This document shows positions 15,152 through 24,023 of a DNA stretch of 27,603 nucleotides, in pieces. The stretch is from Gemmatimonadota bacterium. Its GTDB lineage: Bacteria; Gemmatimonadota; Gemmatimonadetes; Gemmatimonadales; GWC2-71-9. The DNA is taken from assembly GCA_031413355.1 (NCBI GenBank), contig JANOFA010000559.1, positions 1 to 27,603 on the forward strand, read 5' to 3'. Position 1 is the stretch's first letter. Every line of letters starts with the position of its first letter. Both the position numbers and the translations under genes were made by a program. The notes beneath the pieces are model-generated. The model saw only the letters and a list, made by a program, of their open reading frames with translations, made no database searches and was not told where the DNA came from.

Positions 15152-17035
15152 ATGCGCGACCACATCATCCCTCGGTTCCTTTGTGCGGTGCTGGTCATGG
15201 CGATGGTTGGGGGGTGTGGCAGCGCCAACCCGTTCAATCCCTTTCAGGACGTCAGTGTGAGGGTGGCCGGTACCGGTTTCGGTACCGGGGCCGTGTTCGC
15301 TAATGATCCGGCCGTCCCCCTCGATTGCCAAGTAACGCCCGACGCCCTGATCGGAGCCTGTGACGTGACCTTCCAGGATGCGGGAAGCGGCGGGAGCTTC
15401 ACGCTCACGGCAGCAGCCGATCCGGGCAGCGGTTTCCTGGGGTGGCAGGGATGCAGTAGCGTTGCCGGTCCCGTCTGTACGCTCAACTTCAGCCCCGGGA
15501 GTGACGTCACCTTCTTCGTGGACGTCATCTTCTATCCGACCGCTCCCATTGGGGGCTTGGCGAAGGTCAGCGGCGATAGCCAGCAGGTGAGGCTCTTCAC
15601 TCACGCACCCCTTGTGGTGTCGTTCCGGAACCCGGACGGGACTCCACGGGTTGGAGCCGATATTCTGTGGATGGCTGAACCAGGCGGCTTCAGTGTGGAG
15701 GGCAGTTCGATTGTGGATTCTGCCGGCTTCGCCTCAACGGACATCGGCGAGAATGGTCAGGGAGAGTTTCAGCACACCCGTATCACCGCCTCACCCGCGG
15801 GAAGTCCGCTCGACCAGGTCACTTTCACCGTATTTCTGCCCCATAGGTTCCGGGTCGTCTCGGGAGACAGCCAGACTGCGGCGCCTGGCGCCCGACTGCC
15901 GCTGCCGATTACCGCGGTGTTCGAGGATCCCATCTGTTGTTCAGATGGTCCGCCCGCCAGCTTCAGCTGGCTGGTCCTCACTGGCGGGGGAAGCCTGGAC
16001 AAGGACACGACCGCCTGGGCAGGCCCGGCCTCCATGTCGAACGGGTGGGTGCTGGGCCTGGTGGCGGGAACCCAACAGGTCCGCGTCATCCGCCAGCTCG
16101 CCGTCGAAAACCTGCCGCCGGACACCACGATCATCACCGCGTTCTCGGTTCCCGCCGGGGGCAATCCGGTCTGCGGTACTGGCGGCACCCTGCATGTGGG
16201 GGGCGTTGACGTCACCAGCCCGGAGACCTGGACCGCGGCCGGCAGCCCGCACATCGTGCAAGGCCAGTTGAGATTCACCGTAGGCGCCCGGCTCACGATC
16301 GATGCCGGCGCCGTCGTCTGCGTCGAGCCCGGCGGGTACATCTCCCTGTCTGAGGGGCTCTACGCCGTCGGTACCCCGGCGAACCCGATCCGCTTCACCG
16401 CCACCGACACAGCGCAGGGCTGGCAAGGGATTCTTCTCGGCGGCCCTGCCACCACGCCGTTCAGCGAGATCAGCAACGCCCGGTTCGAGTATGCCTTCTC
16501 GGCGATCGTCGCGGCCACACCGATCAGGATCGACAGCACGATCATCCGACAGTCCGGGAACCTCGCGATCATCATTCAGAACAGCTCGACGTCGAACCGG
16601 ATCTTTCACACCACGGTGGACACGACATTCGGTTCCAACCCGGCGGTGCTCCTGAACGCTCCGGGGACGGTGTTCGTCGGGACGATTCGTGGTGCGGGCG
16701 GCACGGCTGCGCTGATGATCAATGAGGATTCGGTGACGGTGCAGGACTGTGAGATCAACGGGAGCGGTGGTATCGGCGTTCTCGTCGCGAACTTCCAGGG
16801 CGCAGTCGTGAGCAACTGCAACATCACCGGCAATGCCGGCCTGGCCGTGAGTGGGTCGCCCGTGGACGCCCGCTCGAACTGGTGGGGCAGCGCAGCCGGC
16901 CCGGCGATCGGGGGGCCGAACGGCGTGAGCAGCGGAGTGGATGCCAGCAATCCCCTGTCGGCGCCGGCGACACCTGGCTTCCGGCCGGTCTGGATTCGGC
17001 GTGGATCGATGGTGCGGCTCTCGCGCAGCCCCTGA
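15152..17035 (+). CDS. Surface lipoprotein with InlB-B-repeat-like, two Big_1-like Ig and parallel beta-helix domains, 627 aa
   Basis: AGGAGA Shine-Dalgarno at 15140-15145; lipobox MVGGC. FTLTAAADPGSGFLGWQGC, KVSGDSQ and VVSGDSQ Ig-like starts, and WTAAGSPHIV..LTIDAG..GTPANPIRFT..WQGI followed by beta-helix-type repeats. Confidence 0.8.
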   Translation: MRDHIIPRFLCAVLVMAMVGGCGSANPFNPFQDVSVRVAGTGFGTGAVFANDPAVPLDCQVTPDALIGACDVTFQDAGSGGSFTLTAAADPGSGFLGWQGCSSVAGPVCTLNFSPGSDVTFFVDVIFYPTAPIGGLAKVSGDSQQVRLFTHAPLVVSFRNPDGTPRVGADILWMAEPGGFSVEGSSIVDSAGFASTDIGENGQGEFQHTRITASPAGSPLDQVTFTVFLPHRFRVVSGDSQTAAPGARLPLPITAVFEDPICCSDGPPASFSWLVLTGGGSLDKDTTAWAGPASMSNGWVLGLVAGTQQVRVIRQLAVENLPPDTTIITAFSVPAGGNPVCGTGGTLHVGGVDVTSPETWTAAGSPHIVQGQLRFTVGARLTIDAGAVVCVEPGGYISLSEGLYAVGTPANPIRFTATDTAQGWQGILLGGPATTPFSEISNARFEYAFSAIVAATPIRIDSTIIRQSGNLAIIIQNSSTSNRIFHTTVDTTFGSNPAVLLNAPGTVFVGTIRGAGGTAALMINEDSVTVQDCEINGSGGIGVLVANFQGAVVSNCNITGNAGLAVSGSPVDARSNWWGSAAGPAIGGPNGVSSGVDASNPLSAPATPGFRPVWIRRGSMVRLSRSP

Positions 17036-17046
17036 TCACATCGAGC

Positions 17047-17072
17047 GGCGGCGCGGACGTGGCCGCGCCGCC
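17047..17072 (+). terminator. GC-rich hairpin after the lipoprotein gene
   Basis: Perfect 10-bp stem GGCGGCGCGG / CCGCGCCGCC with a 6-nt loop, 11 nt after the stop. No U-tract. Confidence 0.45.
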
Positions 17073-17159
17073 AATCGATCCCTTGCCTTGGGGGAGCTCG
17101 CCCTCGGTGTCGAAGGGCTGGATGCAGGATTGGGCTGCCCGGGGTTTTGTGGACACCTT

Positions 17160-17910
17160 CCTTGATTCTGGACTCGTGCGCGCGGCATACGCAGCGCCCG
17201 GCCCGTGCGCAGGCAGGCGGTCAGCTCCCGGCGCAAGGCCCCGCGGCCTTGGACGTACAGCGCTTGGTAGATGGCCTCGTGACTGATGCGCATGGACGGA
17301 CTGTCCGGAAAATCACACCGCAGGCGGTGGGAAATCTGCTCAGGACTCCACGCCAGCGCCCAGCGGCGATGTTGGCGTGGGCCGTGGCGTCGTGCGTCCC
17401 CAAGCGCGCGGCCTTCGGTCGGCGCGCCGCCCGATCCGCATGCCACTGGGCCGTCGTGGCCCGGTAGGCGAGGCCACCGCTCCGCGTCGCGGCATTGCGC
17501 CGTAACTCGCGTGAAATGGTCGAGGGGGCGCGGCCCAAGCGACGCGCACTCTCCCGCACGCCACATCCTTGGGCGCGCAGGATCGCGAGTTCTTCGCGCT
17601 CTGCGTAAGACAGGTACCGCACGGATCGCGGCGGCGCGGAGGCCGCCAGATGTGATGGAGGCATACCGCCCCACTCCCGGAACCATCGTCCGCCTACGGG
17701 TGGGGAAACGCCCGCCGTCCGCGCCGCGTCCTCACTCGACTGGCCCGACGCGACGGCGACCCAGAATCGCCGCCGCTCCGCACGGTGCACCGCCGGCGGG
17801 CGCCCCAGTGATCGTAACATGCGGCGCCCCGCCCGGTCAGACCGCCGCTTCTGCTTCTTCGCCATTGCCCACCTTGTTGGTCGAGGTGTTGCAACGACCG
17901 ATTGAATCCA
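17160..17910 (-). pseudogene. IS30-family transposase fragment with its left inverted repeat
   Basis: The minus strand from 17910 reads TGGATTCAATCGGTCGTTGCAACAC (IS30-type IR). From ATG 17865: YLSYAEREELAILRAQG..LGRAPSTISRELRRN, frameshift near 17400, then WSPEQISHRL..ISHEAIYQALYVQGRGALRRELTACLRTGR. Truncated before the DDE domain. Confidence 0.9.
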
Positions 17911-17912
17911 CC

Positions 17913-18188
17913 CAATACACCAGTGAGGCCTTCCAGCGGTTACTCCACGAGCTCGGGGTCACCTGTAGCATGAGCCGCTCGGGCAATGTCTGGGACAACG
18001 CGGTGATGGAGCGTTTCTTCTCGACGCTGAAAACGGAGCGGACGCACGGGAAGCGCTACGGCACGCGGAATGCCGCCCGGGCCGACGTCTTCGACTTCAT
18101 CGAGCGGTTCTACAACCCCGTGCGGCGACACTCGACCCTGGGTAACATCAGTCCTGTGGCGTTTGAACTGGCAACAGCAGTAGCGTAA
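17913..18188 (+). pseudogene. IS3-family OrfB (integrase core) C-terminal fragment
   Basis: QYTSEAFQRLL..SMSRSGNVWDNAVMERFFSTLKTE..FIERFYNPVRRHSTLGNISP. Confidence 0.92.
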
Positions 18189-18218
18189 CTCACCGTCCAC
18201 CGAACTCAGGACAGCTCA

Positions 18219-18290
18219 TCAGCCATCAGCCCTTAGACGTTGGCCGTTAGCAGCAAGCATTCAGCGTTCAGCAACCGCCCACCGCCTACT
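18219..18290. repeat. Mixed heptamer arrays (TCAGCCA, TCAGCGT, ACCGCC)
   Basis: TCAGCCA TCAGCCC directly after the IS3 end, then GTTGGCCGTTAGC, TTCAGCGTTCAGC and ACCGCCCACCGCC. Confidence 0.7.
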
Positions 18291-18295
18291 GCCAC

Positions 18296-18326
18296 TGAAG
18301 GGCGGAGCTGGAGCTCCGCCCCTACC
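18296..18326 (-). repeat. GTAG-type REP-like palindrome just downstream of mutM
   Basis: The minus strand reads GTAG G GGGCGGAGCT CC AGCTCCGCCC, with a perfect 10-nt inverted pair at 18300-18309 / 18312-18321. Confidence 0.7.
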
Positions 18327-18329
18327 CAG

Positions 18330-19154
18330 CTATCCCTGACACCGCCAGCAGAACACTGTGATCCGCCCGTCGATATCATGCGTCCCCGCCAGGCGCGTGC
18401 CGCACTGGCGACACGGTTCCCCCTGTCGCTCGTAGACCATGAGCTCGAGCTGGAAGTTGCCCGGTTGCCCGGTGCCGGTGCGGTAATCGCGAAACGTCGT
18501 GCCCTCGGCGTCGATGGCGGATTGAAGAATGCGGCGAGTCTCGTGGTAGAGCAGCTCGTAGCGTTCGGGCGGAACCTTGTTCGCCGGTCTGGAGGGATCG
18601 ATCCCCGCGGCGAAAAGCGCTTCGTTGGCGTAGATGTTCCCGACGCCGACGATTTTTCGCTGGTCCATCAGCACCTTCTTGATGGCCTGCCGTGAATTCC
18701 TGAGTCGCGCCATGAAGGCCGCCGGTGTCAACGCCGAATCCAGCGGCTCCGGCCCCAGCGCTCGGTCGTATGCGTCCCAGCCCTTTGGATTCAGCAGCAG
18801 CAGCGTCCCGATGCGACGGACATCCCGAAAGATGAAATAGGTCCCGTCGTCCAGCACGGTGCGCAGTACGGCGTACTTCCGCTCCGCCTCGGTCAGCGGC
18901 CGGTTGTAGTAGAGGAGGTTGCCGCTCATGCCCGGCTGCAGCACAAAGCGATGCGTGCCCAGGTCGATCACGGCATGCTTTGCCCGGCGGAAGACATCCT
19001 GCACCGTGGCACCGGTGAGCGCCGCGAGGAGGCGTGACCGGGTGACGCCACGCAGCACATCAATGTGGGAGAGGCTCGCGGTGAGGATGGTGCGGCCGAG
19101 CAGGACAGGCCGGATGCCGCGGACCATGGTCTCGACTTCGGGAAGTTCGGGCAC
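18330..19154 (-). CDS. mutM: Formamidopyrimidine-DNA glycosylase (Fpg)
   Basis: N-terminal PELPEVE, RRAKH, FRDVRRIG, LGPEPL, KVLMDQ..VGVGNIYANEALF, and zinc finger CRQC..CWRC. Confidence 0.97.
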   Translation of the reverse strand: MPELPEVETMVRGIRPVLLGRTILTASLSHIDVLRGVTRSRLLAALTGATVQDVFRRAKHAVIDLGTHRFVLQPGMSGNLLYYNRPLTEAERKYAVLRTVLDDGTYFIFRDVRRIGTLLLLNPKGWDAYDRALGPEPLDSALTPAAFMARLRNSRQAIKKVLMDQRKIVGVGNIYANEALFAAGIDPSRPANKVPPERYELLYHETRRILQSAIDAEGTTFRDYRTGTGQPGNFQLELMVYERQGEPCRQCGTRLAGTHDIDGRITVFCWRCQG

Positions 19155-19181
19155 AGTGCAGAATGTAGATGGAGAGGCGTG

Positions 19182-20453
19182 CTATTGCCGCTGTTCCTCT
19201 CGCCAGCCGATGTCGCGCCGGTAGACCTTGCCGGCGTACTCGATCCGCTCCGCCGTTTCCCGGCTGAGGCGCTGGGCTTCGCGGAAGGTTGGGGCGACGG
19301 CAGTCACGTTGAGCACGCGGCCACCGTGCACCCGGAGGATACCGTCGGCGCCGCGCGCCGTGCCGGCGTGGAAGACGCTCACGCCTGCGGGCAGTGTCGC
19401 TGGAATCGTGATGGCCGCGCCCTTCTTCGGGTCGTCGGGATAGCCCTCGGCGGCCAGCACGGTGGTGACGGCGTGCGCCGGTGCGATCGTGAGGGGGCCG
19501 GGTGCCTCGCCCCGCGCCGTGCGCCAGAGGCACTCGGTCAGACCATTGGTGACGAGGGGCAACACGACCTGCGTTTCCGGGTCGCCCAGGCGGCAGTTGA
19601 ACTCCACCACCCGGAGTCCGCCATCGGGGCCGATCATCAACCCCGCGTAGAGCACGCCGTTGTAGGGCGCGCCGCGCCGCGCCAGCTCCATCAGTGTCGG
19701 TCGCAGCACCTCGCGCACGGCGCGGTCGAGCAGCGCCGGCGTGCCGAGGGCGACAGGGCTGTAGGCGCCCATGCCACCGGTGTTGGGGCCGGTGTCGCCC
19801 TCACCCAGGCGCTTGTGATCCTGGGCGGCGGGAAGGAGGGTGATGTCAGTGCCGTTGGTGATGGCGAGCAGCGAGAGTTCCTCGCCGGGCATGAAATCCT
19901 CGATGATGACGACGTCGCCCGCGGTGCCGAACCTCTTCTCGCCCAGCATGGAGCGCACCGCCGCTGCCGCCTCGCCCCGTGTCTCACAGACGATGGCACC
20001 CTTGCCGGCGGCGAGCCCCGACGCCTTTACCACCAGTGGTTCCGCATGGGCGGCGACGTACGCCAGCGCGGCGGCCTGCTCGGTAAAGGTGGCGCTGGCG
20101 GCCGTCGCCACGCCGGCGCGCACCATGACATCCTTGGAAAAGGCCTTCGAGGCTTCGATCTCCGCCGCCGCCCGGCTGGGTCCGAACACCACCCGACCTT
20201 CGGCCCGCAAACGGTCGGCGAGACCGAGCGCGAGCGGCCCCTCCGGCCCGACGATGGTCAGGTCGATGCCATAGGCATCGGACGCGTCGGCCAGCCGGTC
20301 GATATCCGTGGCGCTGATGGGGAGGTTGGAGCCGAACTCGGCGGTCCCGGGATTGCCCGGGGCGCAGTAGATCGTGGCGGTGGGGTCTTCGTGGTGGAGC
20401 GCCGAGACGATTGCGTGCTCCCGGCCCCCGCCGCCGACGACCAGCAGCCGCAT
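19182..20453 (-). CDS. purD: Phosphoribosylamine-glycine ligase
   Basis: VVGGGGREHA, APGNPG, VGPEGPL, EASKAFSK, KASGLAAGKG, QDHKRLGEGDTGPNTGGMGAYSP, EFNCRLGDPETQ, GGRVL. Confidence 0.97.
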   Translation of the reverse strand: MRLLVVGGGGREHAIVSALHHEDPTATIYCAPGNPGTAEFGSNLPISATDIDRLADASDAYGIDLTIVGPEGPLALGLADRLRAEGRVVFGPSRAAAEIEASKAFSKDVMVRAGVATAASATFTEQAAALAYVAAHAEPLVVKASGLAAGKGAIVCETRGEAAAAVRSMLGEKRFGTAGDVVIIEDFMPGEELSLLAITNGTDITLLPAAQDHKRLGEGDTGPNTGGMGAYSPVALGTPALLDRAVREVLRPTLMELARRGAPYNGVLYAGLMIGPDGGLRVVEFNCRLGDPETQVVLPLVTNGLTECLWRTARGEAPGPLTIAPAHAVTTVLAAEGYPDDPKKGAAITIPATLPAGVSVFHAGTARGADGILRVHGGRVLNVTAVAPTFREAQRLSRETAERIEYAGKVYRRDIGWREEQRQ

Positions 20454-21457
20454 TACTGCTGTGACTTCTTGAAGGCGTCGCCCACCCGACCGGCGGCCTT
20501 CTTGGCTGCATCGACCACCTGGCCGAAGGTCTCCTTCGCCTCGCCGGCGTAATACTCCTTGGCGGCGGAGAAATCCTCGCTCAGCGGGCGGTCACCGGAG
20601 GACCCGCGCCGGACATACTCGCCGCGCAGGATCCGGTCATAGGCGCCCCCGGCGATCCACTGCTGCAGCTCCGCGGCGCGCACGGTGTGCATCGGATGGG
20701 TGAGCATCAGCGTGCTCATCACCTTGTAGACCACATCAAAGCCGTCGTTGCTCGTGGTGTACTCGTGCGCCTGGGCCATGAACGTGTCGAGGTCGAGCTG
20801 GCCGGCGTACTGGGGCGGGCGAACCCCGCCGGCCATATTCAGAAACAGGCGCTGTGATGCGAGCGGGTCCTGCCCGCCGAGCAGGCCGGCCCGATCAGCG
20901 GACAGCTCCGCCTTGCGAGACCACTCGAGGAAGGCCAACCGCACTGGCAGCAACGCGATACCGGCCAGGAAGGGCAGGGCGGAGGCGCTCACCAGAAAGA
21001 GGATCGCGGCGATCGTGCGGTAGAAAGCATGCCCGCTCATCACATGCCCCAGCTCATGGGCCAGCAGCACCCGGACTTCGTCATCATCCAGTAATTCAAG
21101 TGCAGCGGAGTGCAGGACGATAAATGGGTGGTCGATCCCGTAGGCGCCGGCATTGAACACCGGCGTCTGGGAGACATAGAGCTCGGGGACCTCGGCCCAG
21201 TCGAACGTCGTGCAGACCTCGACATGGGTGGTCCACAGCTTCGGAAACTGGGTTGGCCCGACCCGCACCGAATTGGCCTGGAACAGCAGCCGGATGCCGC
21301 GCTCACCACCGAGAAATGCCAGGAGCTTGCGCGTGATCTCTTCAAAGCCCGGGACCGACCGCAAGGTCTGCAGCGCGGCGCGGTCGGCGGGGTGCTCCCA
21401 GCTCACGGCGGCGATTTCGGGGAGCGTGCGCCGGGGGCGCGGGGCGGGCAGGGTCAT
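20453..21457 (-). CDS. M48-family zinc metallopeptidase
   Basis: WEHPADRAAL, FNAGAYG, LAHELGHV (HExxH), WSRKAELSADRAGL, THP. TAATG overlap with purD. Confidence 0.9.
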   Translation of the reverse strand: MTLPAPRPRRTLPEIAAVSWEHPADRAALQTLRSVPGFEEITRKLLAFLGGERGIRLLFQANSVRVGPTQFPKLWTTHVEVCTTFDWAEVPELYVSQTPVFNAGAYGIDHPFIVLHSAALELLDDDEVRVLLAHELGHVMSGHAFYRTIAAILFLVSASALPFLAGIALLPVRLAFLEWSRKAELSADRAGLLGGQDPLASQRLFLNMAGGVRPPQYAGQLDLDTFMAQAHEYTTSNDGFDVVYKVMSTLMLTHPMHTVRAAELQQWIAGGAYDRILRGEYVRRGSSGDRPLSEDFSAAKEYYAGEAKETFGQVVDAAKKAAGRVGDAFKKSQQ

Positions 21458-21583
21458 CGTGGTCTCTGGGCTGAGGGCGGGGTCCGTACGCCCTGCCCGG
21501 GCGATGGTTTCATCGTGAGACGGTGGCTGAATAGCCGCTCTGGTGTTGGCATGTGGATCGGCGCTGCCGGCCGGTTCAACCGG

Positions 21584-22747
21584 CTACGCCAGCGCCTGTT
21601 CCAGGTCCGCAATCAGGTCGGCGGTGTCTTCGATTCCGCAGGAGAGTCGCACCAGGCTGTCGGTGAGTCCCATCTCCTGGCGGAGCGCGAGCGGCACCGC
21701 CGCGTGCGTCATGCTGGCCGGGTGGCCGATCAGGCTTTCGACCCCGCCGAGCGACTCCGCCAGCGCGAAGATCCGGGTCCGTTCAACCACGCGCCGGGCG
21801 AGATCGGCGTCGCCCAGTTCGATCGAGATCATGCCGCCAAATCCGCGCATCTGCCGTTGGGCCAGCTGGTACTGCGGATGGGTCGGGAGACCGGGGTAGT
21901 AGACATGCTTCACCCGTTTGTGCCGCGTCAGCCACTCGGCGATCTCGCGGCCGCTGGCGTCATGCTGCCGCATCCGGAGTGGCAGCGTCTTGAGGCCGCG
22001 GAGGCAGAGCCAGCAGTCCATCGGGCCGGGGACGCCGCCGGCGGCATTCTGCAGGTAGCCGATCCGCTCCGCGAGGTCATCGCGCCGGGTCACCAGCATG
22101 CCGCCGATCATGTCGCTATGACCGTTGAGATACTTGGTCGTGGAGTGCAGCACGACGTCGGCACCGAGTGCGAGGGGCTGCTGGAAATAGGGCGTGGCAA
22201 AGGTGTTGTCGACCACGAACACTGCCCCGCGCGCCTGGGCGATATCGCCGATGGCGGCGAGATCGGTCAGGAACATCATCGGGTTGGTCGGCGTCTCGGC
22301 GTAGATCATCCGGGTCGCCGGCGTGAGGGCGCGGGCGACGGCGGCGGGATCCCGCATGTCGACAAAGGTGAAACGCAGGCCGAGCCGTTCGTAGACCCGC
22401 TCCATCAGGCGGTGCGAGCCGCCATACAGGTTGGAGCCGGCCACGATGTGGTCGCCGGCGCTGAACAGTTTCAGGATGGTGTCAAGCGAGGCGAGCCCGG
22501 AGGCGAATGCAAAGCCATGGGTGCCACCCTCCAGGCTGGCCACCGCGCGTTCCAGCGCTTCCCGGGTCGGATTCTGTGTCCGGGCGTATTCGTAGCCCTT
22601 GTGGCGGCCGAGACCGTCCTGGATGTAGGTCGAGGTCTGGTAGATCGGCGGCATGACCGCGCCAGCGAGCGGATCTGGCACCGGACCGGCGTGGACAGCC
22701 CGGGTGGCAAAGCCGGTCGGGTGGTCGTCGGGCGCGAGTTGTGTCAT
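21584..22747 (-). CDS. PLP-dependent cystathionine gamma-synthase/lyase (Cys/Met metabolism family)
   Basis: ATRAVHAG, PPIYQTSTY, YARTQNPTR, ETPTNP, VDNTFATP, HSTTKYLNGHSD, LAESLGGVESL, VRLSCGIED. Confidence 0.93.
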   Translation of the reverse strand: MTQLAPDDHPTGFATRAVHAGPVPDPLAGAVMPPIYQTSTYIQDGLGRHKGYEYARTQNPTREALERAVASLEGGTHGFAFASGLASLDTILKLFSAGDHIVAGSNLYGGSHRLMERVYERLGLRFTFVDMRDPAAVARALTPATRMIYAETPTNPMMFLTDLAAIGDIAQARGAVFVVDNTFATPYFQQPLALGADVVLHSTTKYLNGHSDMIGGMLVTRRDDLAERIGYLQNAAGGVPGPMDCWLCLRGLKTLPLRMRQHDASGREIAEWLTRHKRVKHVYYPGLPTHPQYQLAQRQMRGFGGMISIELGDADLARRVVERTRIFALAESLGGVESLIGHPASMTHAAVPLALRQEMGLTDSLVRLSCGIEDTADLIADLEQALA

Positions 22748-22839
22748 GCGGGCAGGGTGAGAGAGGGCGGGAACGTAATCCGGCGGCTCCGCGGCCGGCA
22801 AGCCACACTGGCGTCGAATGGCGAGGGGGGAGCGGGCTG

Positions 22840-23904
22840 ATGCTACTCGAATCGATCGCGGACCGGCTGGATCCGAAGGTGCTCGCGCCCCGCTGCCTCG
22901 TGGTGGACGATGACGCGGCGGTGCGTCGCAGCATCTCCAAGGTGATCGAACTGCAGGGACTCGCCGCGCTGGAGGCCGACGGGGCCGAAGCAGGTCTGGT
23001 GCTGCTGGCGGAGGAGGGCGAGGTCCCGCTCATCATCAGCGACATCAACATGCCCGGGATGAACGGACTCGCCTTTCTCGAGGAGGTGCTGCGCCTCTAT
23101 CCCGATACCGCGGTCATCATGCTGAGCGGCGTGTCCAATGTGCAGACCGCCGTCACCTGCCTCGACCGGGGTGCGCTGGACTATATCGCCAAGCCGGCCA
23201 TGGTGGAGGAGGTCCGGGTCCGCGTCGTCAAGGCGCTGGAGAAGCGGGACCTCACGTTGCAGAAGCGCTTCTATCAGAAGAACCTGGAACTGCGGGTAAA
23301 GGTCCAGGCGACCCGGATCCGCGAGCTCTTCCTCCAGGGGGTGCAGACGCTGGCGCACGCGCTGGAAGCCAAGGACTCCTACACCCGTGGTCACTCCGCC
23401 CGGGTCAGCCGCTACGCCGCGCAGACCGCCATTCGCCTGGGCTTTACCGGCGATCGGCTTGAGGAGATCCGGCTCGGAGCGGAGTTGCACGACATCGGCA
23501 AGATCGGGACGCGTGAGGCGATCCTCAACAAGCCTGGCAAGCTCACCGACGAGGAGTTCGCGCACATCGCCGAGCATGTGGTTCTGGGCGAGCGGATCCT
23601 GGCACCGCTCGCGCGGGAAAATCCCACGGTGCTTCGTATCGTCCGCAACCATCACGAGCGGATGGACGGGCGAGGCTTCCCCGACAAGATGGTGGGGGAG
23701 ACCATCTCCATCGAAGCCCGGATCGTCTGCGTGGTGGACGCGTTCGACGCCATGACCACCAACCGGGCCTACCGCGACTCGCGCCTCCCGGTTGACGCGA
23801 TGAAGGAGCTGGATCGGTGCACGCCGAGCCAGTTCGATCCCGATGTGGTGCAGGCGTTCAAGGCCGCCTTTCCCGACCTGAGCCTGCTCCCCGTCGAAGT
23901 CTGA
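22840..23904 (+). CDS. Response regulator with HD-GYP phosphodiesterase domain (RpfG-like), copy 1
   Basis: REC motifs LVVDDD, ISDINMPG, AKP. HD-GYP motifs YTRGHSARV, LHDIGKIG, HHERMDGRGFP, DAFDAMTT. Confidence 0.92.
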   Translation: MLLESIADRLDPKVLAPRCLVVDDDAAVRRSISKVIELQGLAALEADGAEAGLVLLAEEGEVPLIISDINMPGMNGLAFLEEVLRLYPDTAVIMLSGVSNVQTAVTCLDRGALDYIAKPAMVEEVRVRVVKALEKRDLTLQKRFYQKNLELRVKVQATRIRELFLQGVQTLAHALEAKDSYTRGHSARVSRYAAQTAIRLGFTGDRLEEIRLGAELHDIGKIGTREAILNKPGKLTDEEFAHIAEHVVLGERILAPLARENPTVLRIVRNHHERMDGRGFPDKMVGETISIEARIVCVVDAFDAMTTNRAYRDSRLPVDAMKELDRCTPSQFDPDVVQAFKAAFPDLSLLPVEV

Positions 23905-24023
23905 CCGAGGACGGGCCGCACCGTGACCGTCGTCACGGCTATCGGCACCGGCGTGTCCCACTGTTGAGTGTGACTCCACCCGACACTCCGCGCCGTCGCA
24001 CTCGGGCCGCGCGGTCCGATGCC

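Larger units (their letters stand above)
7053..18218. mobile_element. Accessory island (about 11.2 kb) between mutM and the uvrC-like gene
   Basis: Truncated palindrome at the left edge and an IS3 terminal repeat at the right edge. Contains IS3/IS30 relics and patches of about 50-58% GC (hand-counted 60-nt lines at 7501, 8401, 8821, 9481, 15661). No housekeeping genes. Confidence 0.7.
17131..18218 (+). mobile_element. Degenerate IS3-family element containing an IS30 fragment
   Basis: Left end TGGGCTGCCCGGGGTTTTGTGGAC and right end (reverse complement from 18218) TGAGCTGTCCTGAGTTCGGTGGAC match at 18 of 24 positions, with 5'-TG..CA-3' termini. Confidence 0.8.

Noticed and set aside
7169-17105. 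12-bp direct repeat GAGCTCGCCCTC (7169-7180 and 17094-17105) as island att sites
   Set aside because: Many 12-mer matches are expected by chance in 27 kb of roughly 68% GC DNA. There is no integrase or tRNA, and the copies do not coincide with the inferred edges.
17286-18188. 300-aa ORF as an intact transposase
   Set aside because: It is chimeric: antisense IS30 sequence fused to the IS3 OrfB tail, lacking the first two catalytic Asp residues.
22748-22839. SAM riboswitch upstream of the cystathionine enzyme
   Set aside because: Only 92 nt, shared with the divergent gene, and no SAM-I/II conserved motifs are visible.
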